From positions 9,362,001 to 9,426,000 of the forward strand of contig JBHGNT010000001.1 of assembly GCA_043228905.1 (NCBI GenBank): a stretch of DNA of 64,000 nucleotides. Direction: 5' to 3'. Below, piece by piece: positions 21,016-34,124 of this stretch. Numbering within the stretch: the stretch's first letter is position 1; every line of letters begins with the position of its first letter. The translations under genes and the position numbers were made by a program. The notes under the pieces were generated by a model, which saw only the letters and a program-made list of their open reading frames with translations, had not been told where the DNA came from and did not search any database. The DNA is from Azolla caroliniana (lineage: Eukaryota; Plantae; Polypodiophyta).

Positions 21016-23599
21016 ATGACTAATTACAATAGTGGTTGTGGGAGAGGATTCAACCTTCCTCTTCCTAGTATGGGCATTGAACAGGTGTTTCTCCGAATGC
21101 AAACCGAACTTTCTTTGGTAAAATAAAAAGCCACATCCGATGATACTGGAATGATGGGTCTAAACGGTATGAATGGTTCTCCGCGGGTTAATGTAAATGT
21201 GAACCGATGGGGTAGAGATGAACATGATATTAGAGGTTGAGAAGTGAGTTATGAAGAAGAAGAAGATGATGATGATATAGGTGGTTCTGGTCCTAATCGT
21301 AATGCAAACATCTAGAACCTCTCTAATATTAGGCATAAATTGGTGGACCATTTTAGGGGGGGGGTATAGCACAAAGTGGGATATATAGGTTGAGCTTTTG
21401 CATGTTTTCACCATAACCTCATAATTCTATCACGCTACAAGGCTTGGCCACTCAAAGTAGAAAACCAAAGGCACAAACACGTAAACCACATAGGAGAGAA
21501 GAAAAGCATGGGGGAAACGAAAGGCAAAAAACCGAATGGAGTACAAACATCTGGTATAGGGGTTGAACTATAACAACACAATGTTTTGGGACACGTAGGA
21601 TCACATCCCCGTATAAGTTCTAACAATTACTATAGATTTTGATTTTTGTCTTTTAATATTTGTGTATGTATGCAGTCGTGCTTTCATATTTTTGTCTCTC
21701 TTCTTTGATCATGCTCCACTCTCAAATAGAGTCCCGGCGCTTTTCCACACATGCAACACATTCAAGATCATGTAAGTTGGAGGTCTTTCAAAGGCACACG
21801 TTTCAATCCATCTAATCTTAAAATGGTATATGCTTAGCTAAGGGAAATATTTGCGTCTTTTTGTCTCAAGAACATGAACTATCTATGTATACACTCTCAA
21901 CCTAATTCCCAAGTAGATGTCAACTATTTTATTTCTTTTCTAGATGGGAAACTTACCAAAATAACTGTAACATTTCAAGGAACTATGGTAGAGTACTTTG
22001 AAATATGTGATATTTTGTGAAAGATGAGTGTTTTGGTGAATTTCTTGTTTGTTGTGACAATATTCTCTAAAACATTCTATTATTCTTCGGTCTCATTATT
22101 CATAGGTCACTTTGGCATCTTACAAGACATGAATATATCATGATGTGCTTTCTTTCATTCTAAGGATGAGTAGGAGAATATTATGGAATCAAGATTAAAA
22201 ATCACACAATTCATGTTAATCCAGATTTTTGTTGTAAGAGGAGATTTTACTTACTTTCATAACTTTCATAATCTTTCATTACACAAAAAAATACTTAAGG
22301 TCTTGTAATGAAATTTTTATTATTACTTACATTCATGATTTTGTTATGACAAAAGGAAAAATAACATGATAACAAGGAAAGAAGTTAATCATCAAGACAT
22401 TTCCTAATAACATGATATTTCACATTGTTGTATCTCAAGAGCTCGGTAGCAAGAAACATTGATGATGTGAGGTAAAATGGTAAGCTCCTAATAAAATATC
22501 TCTTGAAAAAAACTTTGTTAGAGTTAGTGCCATAGTTCAAGGGTAATGTTGCAAAATCTTTAGATTTTGCATGTGAACCAAATGTGCAGAGTTAACCAAG
22601 CTTGTGTGCTCAATTATAACAACATCAACTTCATCATGCTAAACCGAAGGTGTGAAACAACGATAGAATCATTGCAATGGTAAGTTGCCTCTTCTCAACT
22701 CATGATTAGAAAATTACGTTGCGATGACAATAATTGATTTGCATAGAAAGAAAAAAGGATGCATTAAGATATCAATATGTTCTATAGGACATAAGAAAGT
22801 TTGTTGGCCATCATAATTTATTACCAACTAAGGATGTTGCCTGTACTCATGTTGTATCCATAACTACATAAACAAAAGTATATGTATGAGACTCAAATAG
22901 GTATGCATGCATGCAGGCATGTATGTATGTATATATGTACATAGTATACAAATGCATTGATATAAATGTATATGACACATGAACATACAAGAGCACATTA
23001 ACAACGATTTAAGAATATACATATAAACACATGCATACATGTCCATAGTAAATACACTTTGTCCAAGTGGTCATGTCTTTGGAGAGATATTTTCATGCAT
23101 TGAGTGCAACTATGAACTCCGTTTTCCAACACATTACAAATACTAACCTAATGTTAAACAAAAGTATGCTATTTAACCATCACATTAATGCTAGAGTTGT
23201 ACGCCAATACAACTAATGCCGAAGAAACAATAACTCAAATGGGTATTGTCCAACATTTGTCTTCACTATATAAGAGCCATTCATTTTAACTTGCAAGCTT
23301 TCATTACACAAAACAACGTGGGTCTCCTCCATCCAAAGCGCATTATTATTATAGTCCTTACTTGCCCCTTCCAATGAACTACTATATCTATAGTAAAAAT
23401 GCATGAATGGTAAAGTCTTAAATCATTTCGTATGCAACATGTTTTGTAGCGCTTAAACATGTAAATCCATGACATTTAAAATGTCACTAGTTTTGAAAGT
23501 GCATAAAGAGCATGCACACCATAAACATATAAATGGAACCCAATAAAAGTGTAAAAGAGGTATACAAGATAATAGAGGTGGAAAAGTATGATATTATGT

Positions 23600-24337
23600 T
23601 AGAGCTTTATTCTTGAGCTAGAGGGACAAAGGTTCCTACTTTCTTAAAAATTCAAAAATTTTCACTTTCCATTTGTTCTCTCACCATGGAAAATTCATGA
23701 TATGCTTTAGAGGCAAAAAGCTTCCACACCAGTCTAAACCGTCAAAACATGTATGCAAGCACATTTGACGTAAAGCAATTTACGGAATGTTTGAGAGTTT
23801 GTATATGTATATTAGATTGTACTACAATTTAATTTGGAAACTCCAAAAATGAAGTCTTTAAATCAGTTGGCTTGTAACTTCAAGTTCTTTGGACTTTCCG
23901 TACTAAAAAAACATCCCAAACGGGGAGGTACTGCAAAACATTTGGTTCAAGCTGCAATCTTGGCTGTGCGGACAATACGACTCAATTGAAGGGCACTTGA
24001 ATGAAGCAGAAAGGGCTCAGTCAAAGTTTCTGCTGAAATGGGGTGGTTCTCCTATGATGGTAAAATCATCGTCAGGGCCTAAATGGAACTACCAAGCATC
24101 AAGATGGTTGTTTCCGCCAATGGCTTCCATTAGTGGACAGGAGATGTAAATATGTTTAGCAGCGGTACAAGTTACCATATAAAAAGAGTCGAGGGGATAC
24201 TTTTGTTGAAAATGACGGGGTGGGGATTATGTTTAGTTTTGTGTGGAGAAGTGTGAGTTTTGCTGAATATGGTTGAACTTTGATGTACTTCGTTTGCTAA
24301 CTAATGTGAAGTAGTGTTTTTTTGGAATAAAAAAAAA
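23600..24337 (+). mobile_element. 5'-truncated LINE: ORF2 C-terminus, 3' UTR and poly(A)
   Basis: Translates to NIWFKLQSWLCGQYDSIEG...KWNYQASRWLFPP, homologous to the 34282-34704 LINE C-terminus; ends in AATAAAAAAAAA. Left boundary approximate. Confidence 0.7.
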
Positions 24338-24788
24338 CAAACTTAATGTCCATCCGCACCTATAATTGAAAATAAATCTCCTAAACGAAGTCCTTGCATT
24401 GTAATCTCTATCTATCTACATTTGCCGGATTTGATTGTTGTGAATTTAGATAGTGATGCAACAACATGTGCATTAGTAGCATTCTTAAGATAATGCTTTA
24501 CTCATTAGTAGTATTCCTTTTGCCAAACCCGTTACCAATTTGTGAAACAAAAACAATGCTCCCTAAATAGATGCAACAATGTCTTTGAGATTAACTCTTG
24601 AGGAAAGACTTTTATTAGGTCTCGTGAAAAAATTCTAAAATAAGAATTCAGACATGAATTGATCATGCAAATGAAGAACCTCCAAATATCTCTCCTATTT
24701 ACATGTTTTTAGGTGTTTTAAGGCATTCTAACAATTTTAACAAAGTTAAGAGTGCTCTCAAAAGTATGAAAATATAGAGGGACATTTT

Positions 24789-25043
24789 TTTTAAAACCAA
24801 AAAAACATTGTTTCGGATCAGATAGCAAACAAAATACAACAAAGTTCAAACATTAAGATCCACAAGGCCTAACCTTAGAGGGATCGAAATATCCAACAAC
24901 TCCAAAAACAACAACAATTTCAGCAAAACTCACGTTGTCCTTCCCCCCACAAATCTGGTCATAATCCCCACCCCCTCATGTACAACAAAATTATCCTACC
25001 TACTCTTTTACAACAAAGTTATCTGGGTACCACAACTATGGTA
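24789..25043 (-). mobile_element. Truncated LINE/SINE 3' end with TSD
   Basis: Reverse-complement similarity to 24170-24337; TSD ATAG(A/G)GGGACATTTT at 24774-24788 and 25044-25058. Confidence 0.7.
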
Positions 25044-26102
25044 ATAGGGGGACATTTTCATAAAAATAGCCCAATACCTTTAGGAACTTAGATACACTAT
25101 AAATTAGTGGACACTCACCCAACAAGGTAAAAAAACAAAGATTTAGAAACTAACCTACAACAGGAAAAGATAACAAGAGTGTTTGGAGATGTGGTGAGTT
25201 GATCCATGTACCTCTGGCATGCTAAACAAGACAATTTGAATGACATCTCGAGTAATGTTGATCCAACACAAAATGTCACAAATATATGTGTAGTTATTTA
25301 TCTACCTACCTATCTATATACACTAATTTGTTATTATTAATGGAGTATGTGCATTAACATACATGGAGAAGAGGAAGAATTTCTTTAGGCAATGCACGTT
25401 CTTGATTATATTCCTTATATGGTAAAATACTAAGAAGTTTGTTTTCACCTTATCTAATCGGAAGAAAACTATAGTATTTGAGGAGTATTGTGTATAATAT
25501 ACATAGCTCTAACTAACTTAGGAAGAACTCTATGGTATTTGAAGAGTGGTGTATAAAGATACATTTCTCTAACTAACTAACTAAAGAGTATGCTTGTTGT
25601 AACATTTCTAACATAGAATGTGGCAATCTTCACCCATTGTGTACGATTTTCTTTTGCCCTTTGTTTGCTTAACAAATGTAAGATTGTTTATCAAATTTTA
25701 TCCTGCTCTCGCTCACGAGAATGCTTGAAGTAATGAAACAAATTATCACAACGTTGAGTCATATAAGTTCTCGAGACATGACGAGCATACACATTCATGA
25801 TGAGGACTAGATAGAAAACTTGTATAGAAAGAAAGATGGAGTAGAGTTGCCCCATCAGGGTTATTTAGAAAACCACATCAATGAATTGATAAGGAAATTC
25901 CGCATGTTAGAGCCAAACTCTCTATCTTGGTTTAAGCTAGTTAGGCTAAAAGAAAAAAGAAAAAAGCAAAACAATTGGAGAATGAGGTCATAATAGAGTG
26001 CCTTGCCTTAATGGTTGCTGATACAAATAAGGCCTTTTCGAGTAAAACATAGGACAAAATTAAAAGCATTCCCGAAAGTAGTATACACAATATGTATGAA
26101 AT

Positions 26103-26175
26103 TGGAGATGCGGGGTATCGATCCCCGTACCTCTCGCATGCTAAGCGAGCGCTCTACCATCTGAGCTACATCCCC
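26103..26175 (-). tRNA. trnA-AGC: tRNA-Ala (anticodon AGC)
   Basis: GGGGATGTAGCTCAGATGGTAGAGCGCTCGCTTAGCATGCGAGAGGTACGGGGATCGATACCCCGCATCTCCA is a complete 73-nt cloverleaf. It has an upstream CAA and TA-rich motif typical of plant tRNA genes. Confidence 0.97.
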
Positions 26176-27579
26176 ATCTTGTAGGCTTTACAATCCAATA
26201 TTATTTAATATAGGTACATGGAGATGTGGTTTGAAACATTAATAATGTAATGTATTCGTCTATCGAGCAATGGGTTTGATGATGCATGTTAAGGGTCACT
26301 TTCCATGACTGGATGATTGAAAGCAATACCAAAATTTTGAAATTCTTTTTTCTTCTTCTTAAATTGATTGTATAGAGGTATGTTTTTATCCTTATATGCC
26401 AAATTCATGGACACATAACCGGGATTATATGGTGTAGATACACGCCCTACATCTCCATTTCCATACCTAATGCAAGCTACTTTTATAGAGTTGTATTTAT
26501 GGAACACAAGACATGTCAAAATCACTTGGTGTGGAATTTCCCCCAAAATCTTCACATGACTTTGTTTCATTTTTTCAAGCCACGGGGCGGGCTTAATGTG
26601 CATGTCAATCTCGTGAGTACACAACAAATTTCCGCAGGGGTTCTTACAAGCTCCAAACTTTGAGGAATGACCTAAAAGGGATTATGTGTATGGTCGCATG
26701 GAACATGTGGATGTGTGCATAGGTATTAAGAATTCACATTTCTATTTTCTAGTATTGATAGGTGAAATGAAACCAAATATTTCTGGAAAAAATTGCCTCC
26801 TAGGATATGTAATATGTATGTACACAGAGAATGATATTGTTCAATTTCTAAATGGAGACAACTGAATTTTGCGCGATTGATTTTTCAACCCATTGTAAAG
26901 CAAATAAACCCAAGGCTTGGATGATCTTTTGCATTATTCATGAATGTTAGGAATAATTTATGAGCTGAAGCACGGGAGATTTAAATCTCCCCAATAAGGA
27001 AAGGTAGAATTAAGAAACCATTCCATATTGAACTAGATGCTTTCCATTCACCTAGTTCATGTAACATGGCTTACTCCCCCTCATTTACCAAACAATCATC
27101 TAAAAATTCATGTGCTTCTTGTAGATTGAGAAAAGGTGATTCATATAAGAAATTTGAAATACTCTTAGAAATTCACCCATATTGGTACGTGCATGCATGG
27201 AAACACACACACACACACACAATACAATACATGTATGCACGACTAGGGATGTATTTAATGGAAACCAAGGAAATGCATAAGATTTGATAGTTTTCAAAAT
27301 GTGTATGGTTTTGATCCGTTTTTTTGTAATTGTAACTGGCAAAAATACATTATAACAAGATTTGTCGTCTCTAGTGTCTACAGATAATGAGGTCTTCTAC
27401 TTTCTTCCAACTTCACATAAGAGAGCTATCAAAGAATATTTGAACACTCCATAACGCATCTTCAAGCTATAAGAATACTTCGGAAAAGGGCATAAGTAAT
27501 AAAGAGGAAGAGTATATGGAGTATATTATGCATTTGAGTCTTGGTTTACATAACATTTAAACAATTCACAAAAAACACC

Positions 27580-27616
<37 letters not shown>

Positions 27617-29762
27617 ATAGACATATAAACTGATTCAAAACTTTTGCATATCATGGAATCATTAGAGAGTATGTAATTCAAACAATAGAGTTTCCATGTT
27701 TTTCACTAACAAAAATAATTTACACCACTCGATATCACTTCCCTTCGGGAACATATTGCATCACATGGAAGCAAATATGTAAAGAATAATACTCAACATC
27801 ACATGATGGCATGGCTAATATTAATGGCAATTAATAAATTTGTTGATTAGTCATAATCTTCGACAATATAATGTGCTCTAAAGTATTTAATAAAATGTGT
27901 AGATTATATATATAGAACATGCAAATCATGCCATGCACATAATATATATTTTATATTAATATTGTATTATCAAATATAGTACATATTAATTAATATATAT
28001 ATCTACATTAATTATGCATATCAATGTTTCTTTTAGGAAGATGCTTGGTTGATATAAAATGTAAAAACATGTAGTTATCATACAGAAACTAAATATAAGT
28101 AAATTAGGGTATTTATCAAATATAAATAGAACCCTAGTGAATGTTAAAGAATCCAAGTGTGAGGTTCCGTCTACCATTGAACCTTAACATTAACCAGAAT
28201 TGAATAAAATGCAAAGAAAAATTCAAAACCACTCATAGAGACGCATCTACATAAAAGCAAAAAAGTAATTTATCAGATCATTGGGAGGTAATGGGCCAAT
28301 GCACTTCGAAGTTGGTACATACCATTGATTGCATTGTTGCAAAGTGTCTGTAAGAGAGGAGAACGTGTGTGGAAGAGAGATGAAGGGGGGTGGAAGAGAG
28401 AGAATTTGCTTATTGCATTGGTTAACTAAAGAAAATTGTGTTGAACATGTGCATAACAATGTGAGAAGTGCTACAAGAGCGAGAAGAAACTATAACTTAG
28501 AAGAGAGTAACCAAGATGCCAACGAGAAAAGAGTGTTAACAAAGAGAGAATAGAGTGTGTATCATTATTGGAGAGAAGGAAGAGTCACTAGTGAGAAGGG
28601 AGAGTTAATGGTAAGAAGAGAAAGTCACTAACGACAAGAGAGAGTTTTCAATGAGAAGTGACAAGAAGAGTGCTAGGAGTGAAAACCCAAGTTTGTGGTG
28701 AAACCCAAACTATGAGCGGAACGAGAGCCAAAAGCAAAAATGGCTAGGAATGAAGTTGAACTACGAGACAAGAAATCTGTCTAAGTTTAGAACCACCCTC
28801 TTGGTTTTGCCACATTTTCTAGATTCATCACTTCTAGCTCTCCTCTCACCACTAGATCTCATCACTCCTAGTTCTTATTTTGCCACTAGGTCCCTTCGAG
28901 TCTAGTTAACCTTTCACCATTAAGCCTCTTCTCATGTAGTTCTCTTTATTCTTAGATTTCTCATCTCACCAATACCTCTCTCTTCTGTCTTGGCTCTTAT
29001 TTCACTAGTACCCCCACGTTGAGCACAAAATTAATCACACAAAATTTTCCATTAATCAAGATCATTCTTAAAATAAATGAAGTTACCCCAATCTCGACTT
29101 CTTTGTAAATGGCCCAACCATTCTCTTTCATATGGTACAAGAGTTAATATTTTTAAGTTTGTTTTTCTTTGTGCATATCAAACCAAAAAACATTTTATAA
29201 TAGTTCAGATTTACGCTAACCCACTCAACTAGCATGGTTTTTTCATATTTCTTTTCACCTACTTCCTTTACGTGAACACATTTATCCTTTCTTAGCTTCA
29301 TGTAAGTTGTCTAAATCCAAGATTCATGTGCCCACTTCCTCCCCATTGCTCGATTGTGTCATGACAACTTGATTATCGAGTTGATATTTGATATGTTTGT
29401 TAAGAGATCACATTTTCTTTATAACATAGAGCATTGTCACCTAGTATCTTTGTTGATCCATTTGATTTTGCTATGTCGAAATTCTCCATTGTTTGCAATC
29501 TTTGACAATTTATATGCTCACAACACTATCCCCCTGTGATGATCAGTCCCACAAGTCTCAATGCACAAAATGGAACTTGATTTTATGTGGATATTGTCAA
29601 GGAAAAGTATTTGACAAAAGTTAGGATATTGTGAGTTAGATCATTAAGTGTATAATCTAACCAATCAACAAGATACTATAACTTTTTGTACATTATCATG
29701 GTGTCCAAAACACCTTCAATCTCAAACTTTGGTCAGTTTAATCTAGAGTGGAAATAGAAGAA

Positions 29763-30075
29763 GGGAAAAGTACCAGGATACCCCTAGAAGTTCGTCTATT
29801 TACCAGAATGCCCCTGGAAGTTCCAAATTTACCAAACTACCCCTATGTCCAAAAAATTACACTTAATAAAGTAATTATACACTCAAATCTTTGGTAAATA
29901 GGGCTAGTTCGGGTCCATTTCTTCCATCTTTGGTAAATAGGGCTTGTAGATTTGAGTGTATAATTACTTTACAAAGTGTAATGTTTTGCGCAGAGGGGTA
30001 GTTTGGTAAATTTAGAACTTCTAGGGGCATTCTGGTAAATAGACGAACATCCAGGGGTATCTTGGTACTTTTCCC
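29763..30075. mobile_element. Mutator-like (MULE) foldback MITE
   Basis: ~125-bp TIRs starting GGGAAAAGTACC; perfect 9-bp TSD ATAGAAGAA (29754-29762 and 30076-30084). Confidence 0.93.
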
Positions 30076-30329
30076 ATAGAAGAACAAGGATCCCTCCAAT
30101 GGTAATATGTGGAAGACTAAATGGAAACCCATACATGAAGGAAGATCTAAATGAAATGTCACATCATTGATTTGGGCAGATATGATAAGTGATTGAACTT
30201 GTCACATGACATGGTGTTCTTCACATTATTACATCACACTAGCTACACATGAGCCCCAATGTGAAACTACATTCTATTATGTATGACTTAAGCACTGTAC
30301 ACGAGGTCAAATAGGTCTTGAATGTGAAT

Positions 30330-30453
30330 TTATTTTTTTTTCCAAAAAAACACTACTTCCCATTAGTTAGCAAAAGAATTACATCGAAGAACAACCATAA
30401 TCAAAACAGCATAATCCTCACCTAACTATTTACAACAAGAGTAACCCACTGCC
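30330..30453 (-). mobile_element. Very short LINE/SINE 3' end with poly(A) and TSD
   Basis: Same 3' UTR family (GCTAACTAATG...AAGTAGTGTTTTTTTGG on the minus strand); 14-bp TSD TCTTGAATGTGAAT (30316-30329 and 30454-30467). Confidence 0.8.
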
Positions 30454-31498
30454 TCTTGAATGTGAATATTCTTGAGTTGCATTATATGATTTTCAACAAA
30501 AGCATTTCTAGAGACTTTTGGATGTTTAAATATAATCTAGTGAGCATAAAAACTATGCTTGTGAAGAGTGGAGTATATACAATAGATGAATGTAATGAAT
30601 TATAGTAGCAAAATTATGCAAAATGTAAGAAGTCAACCTAATCATCTTCCTCGTAGTTGATGAAGTAATAAGGATACTACTCTAACGTCTCATTTTTGTA
30701 CTTGATTTGGCCATTGTTTTATAGATGATAGTTAAAAGAGCGTTTAAAGGCAATTGTGAGCAACTTGGGCATGTGCGTACAAAATTTTGAAATGAATTGT
30801 GTTGATGATGATTTCTCATAATGTCATATGGGAAATCATGATGCCTAAAAGAATATCTTCTAACTAGGTTTGTGGTCTCTTAAAGATTGACTTGTGTGAA
30901 TGAAAAAAAAGTGCCATCCTATCGAGTGGATCCAATCTTGTGAGAATAGAATTGAAATCCTTGGAAGGCAATAAATCTATAATTGATCGAGAGAAATGGA
31001 TTTTTGTAGACAATCAAAACGGGAAATGGTTGCAACAACCCATACGTATAATGTTCAAGCATCTTAGATTGGCTCTAGCCTACATTGCCCAAATGTTTAT
31101 GGACTAAAAATATTATTCTTCGTTGAGAGGTCTACATTATATTATTTGATGCATTGAAAGAGAGCTAATTGGTCTTGCATGGCATGGAGAAATAAATAAA
31201 CGAACTAAGTAATGTCTTTACAATGTATCTTACCTTATTGATGTTAATTTCTCTCCCTCTCAAAACTTGATGAGGATATCGGGTCCAAGTTGGATAATTT
31301 TATATATTAGAAGTCTCAAGTTGGTTGTTTCCCACCAACTCTATGTGTGTAATTATTCTTATGTTATGCTATTGTTACAAAAAAATGAATTATGTTATGC
31401 TATTGTAATTATTCTTATGTTATGATATTTTTTTTGTAAACTTATTCTTCTTGATCCAATCTCAAATAAAATAATGAATCTTTAAATCAATGCTATAA

Positions 31499-31560
31499 GG
31501 TAGCTCAAGTGGTGAAACTTATAGTGTGGAACAATAAGGTTAGACGTTCAAACCTTGTTA
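31499..31560 (+). mobile_element. Degenerate tRNA-derived (SINE-like) head
   Basis: TAGCTCAAGTGG A-box-like and GTTCAAACC B-box-like motifs at tRNA-like spacing. Confidence 0.4.
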
Positions 31561-31729
31561 CTTCTTTTAGAAGGAATGTTTTGCTAGCACTAGGCCCCTT
31601 GCTAAGATAAGGATAAGTGAATGGGAAGAGAAAAACAATAGTGCATGTTAAAAGTGTCACCCATTATAAGGTGTTGTAAATTTGTATAGTTATGGTACAA
31701 ATAACTAGGTTATTGGAGTTGTTTGGATA

Positions 31730-31875
31730 CGTTTGTTGAAAATGAGGTGGGGACTATGTCCGCTTTGGTGGGAAGGCCAGAGTGAGGGCTGTTGAGAGGA
31801 ATTTTGAGAGTTCTATGATGTAATTTTGTTTGCTAACTAATGTGAAGTAGTGATTTTTTGGGGAAAAAAGAAAGA
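31730..31875 (+). mobile_element. Truncated LINE/SINE 3' end (same family as 24170-24337)
   Basis: TTTGTTGAAAATGA...GGTGGGGA...TTTGCTAACTAATGTGAAGTAGTG followed by an A-rich tail. Confidence 0.7.
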
Positions 31876-33463
31876 AGTTATTTGGGATCAGAGCTCCATA
31901 ATGATATAAAAGGAGCAGGAGAACTCATTGTTGTGGGAAATGTTTAGACAATCGATGTGGAGGCTCTACCGAAACTTGGTTTGATAAAGAAATACAAGAG
32001 GGTGCATAAGAAGCCTATGGTGACAAGAGGTAACATGGTTGTTGATCATACATTCTATGCCGAAACTCATTGATAGCTTTATCACAAATCTGAATGGACA
32101 TTTCATCTTCTTTAATACATACACCCATCTTAGGGGTAGAGGTTGTTAGCCTTAGTTGTATCTTTCTTCAACTTTTCAAAACTTTTAAGATCTAACATAA
32201 ATTTTCATCCTCAACAAGAACATTGAAATCCAAGCCGTCGACAAAAACGAGATGATCAAAATGGAATTTTCGACTTAGAAATCCGAACACTAGAGCAACT
32301 TTTATATTGGAGCAAGAATTTTTTGAGTGTAGAGAGTTGAACGCGCTACACCATGCCAAAGTTCAGCTGGCTTGCCAACTAGATGATGCTTGTTAGGAAT
32401 CAACAATGGTTCCATTTCACAAGAGAGAAGGAAGGGTAAACGACATGTGTCCCCTCGTTTGTTGCTTGCCAATAAGTAATAGAGCGAAAGGAGAAGGAAG
32501 GAACCAAGGAGCAAACGTGCAAAGGAAGGCAACAAGTTTGCTATTGTTGCTATTGCTTCTACGACTGCTATTGGCATTGTTGACGCCGATAATTGACATT
32601 GACAACTGATGTTGACACACCACATGCACATCATATGACCTCCCCTCACCCCAACCCCCCTTTCGCCTTTCACATACACATACATACACAATTGCTCACT
32701 TCTATGCATAGGTACACACACACACACAAACAGATTATTTCACATATACTTACAAACACTCTCGTTCAAACACATACAAGCACATAAGCAAGGCAATTAC
32801 ATAAATACTCTTATACACTAAGGCACTTGAACATACACACTTATACAAGTACTCAAACAATTTCATTTACATGTAGAATCACACACACACACACACACAC
32901 ACACATTTTAAAAAACTGATATCAAAGTTCATCAACAACATCTAAAGGAAGTTTAGAGACACTTAAGATGATAAATACGAAGATTACAAAGTTATAAATT
33001 ATAATACAATCACCGATCTCATCTCCCCTGGTGGTCTCAATATCCCTTTTCACACATGTGCGAAATTTCGTGACAATGCAATATGGCATTTCACTCCATT
33101 CTCTACAACCAAGCATGAAAGCTACCATGCCTCCTTACATGCTTCACGAAGTGCAACATATTCTACTTCTAGAGTAAAAAAAGTCATACATTCTTGAATC
33201 CTTGATCTCCTCTTGCAAACTAGAAAACATGCATCAACATTGGCATAGTCAAAATTAAAAAATCCAACTATGGATGATTTTGCCACTTCAAGGCACGTAC
33301 AAGGATTCCTTGTTCAAATTAAGTGGTACATGATTATCTTAACCCTCAATGCACCTTACATTGGTTTAACATGATTATTCTAACCACTTGCATGCAAGTG
33401 TGATGTCTAGTTTGGTGCCTACCATGGTATACATCAAACTTTTGATGTCATTTTAGTATAGAA

Positions 33464-33870
33464 CATTCTACATCTATTCCTTTTGAAATACTTCTTTTCA
33501 AACCTGAAGCATGTTGAGAATGGCACCCTTAGAGGCTTGACCCCTTTATAGAGGGGATCACATGTGACCTCTTGTAATATACTCACGTTGAGTAAGGTGA
33601 ATTCTCAATTCTTCCTATTTTGAGTGATTTACATACCTAGTATATCGATTATTTGCTGGCATGTATGGCCCATTCTACATCTATTCTTATGCAAATCCAA
33701 ACTCTTGGAAATCCTTCTTCTTCAACCTAAAGCATATTTAGAATGACATACTTAGAGGCTTGACCCATTTAAATATGTGGGACCACTCACGATCTCTTGT
33801 GATATACACCTTGAGATAGGTCAATTCTCAAATTCATCCTATTTTGAGTGATCTACGTACCTAGTATATG
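33464..33870. repeat. Diverged tandem duplication, ~200-bp units
   Basis: CATTCTACATCTATTC...CTTAGAGGCTTGACCC...CCTATTTTGAGTGAT...TACCTAGTATA occurs twice. Confidence 0.75.
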
Positions 33871-34124
33871 TTCCACTCCTTTTAGATCCTTCATCTCAAA
33901 ATTCTAGCTCATTTTCTTCTTAAGAAATTTAATATTCTTATTAAACTTCCACACAATAAATATGTGATCCATTTACTAGATGTTAAGGTCATACTTTCAT
34001 CAAAATTTTGCTTGATGCATAAGTAAGAATCCTCTTTTGTTGTGACGAAATTGTTTTGACTTCATGAATGAGTCAAACTTTGATACCATTGTCCAATTGC
34101 TCATTTTTGGCCATATGGGCTCCT

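Noticed and set aside
21030-21625. Possible solo LTR ending TTCTAACA
   Set aside because: No matching TG start with a TSD could be established.
26289-26627. 112-aa minus-strand ORF beside the tRNA gene
   Set aside because: No ATG context, splice structure or recognisable domain; possibly a decayed TE fragment.
29400-29755. Faint Copia RNase H-like remnant
   Set aside because: Too degenerate to define a frame or boundaries.
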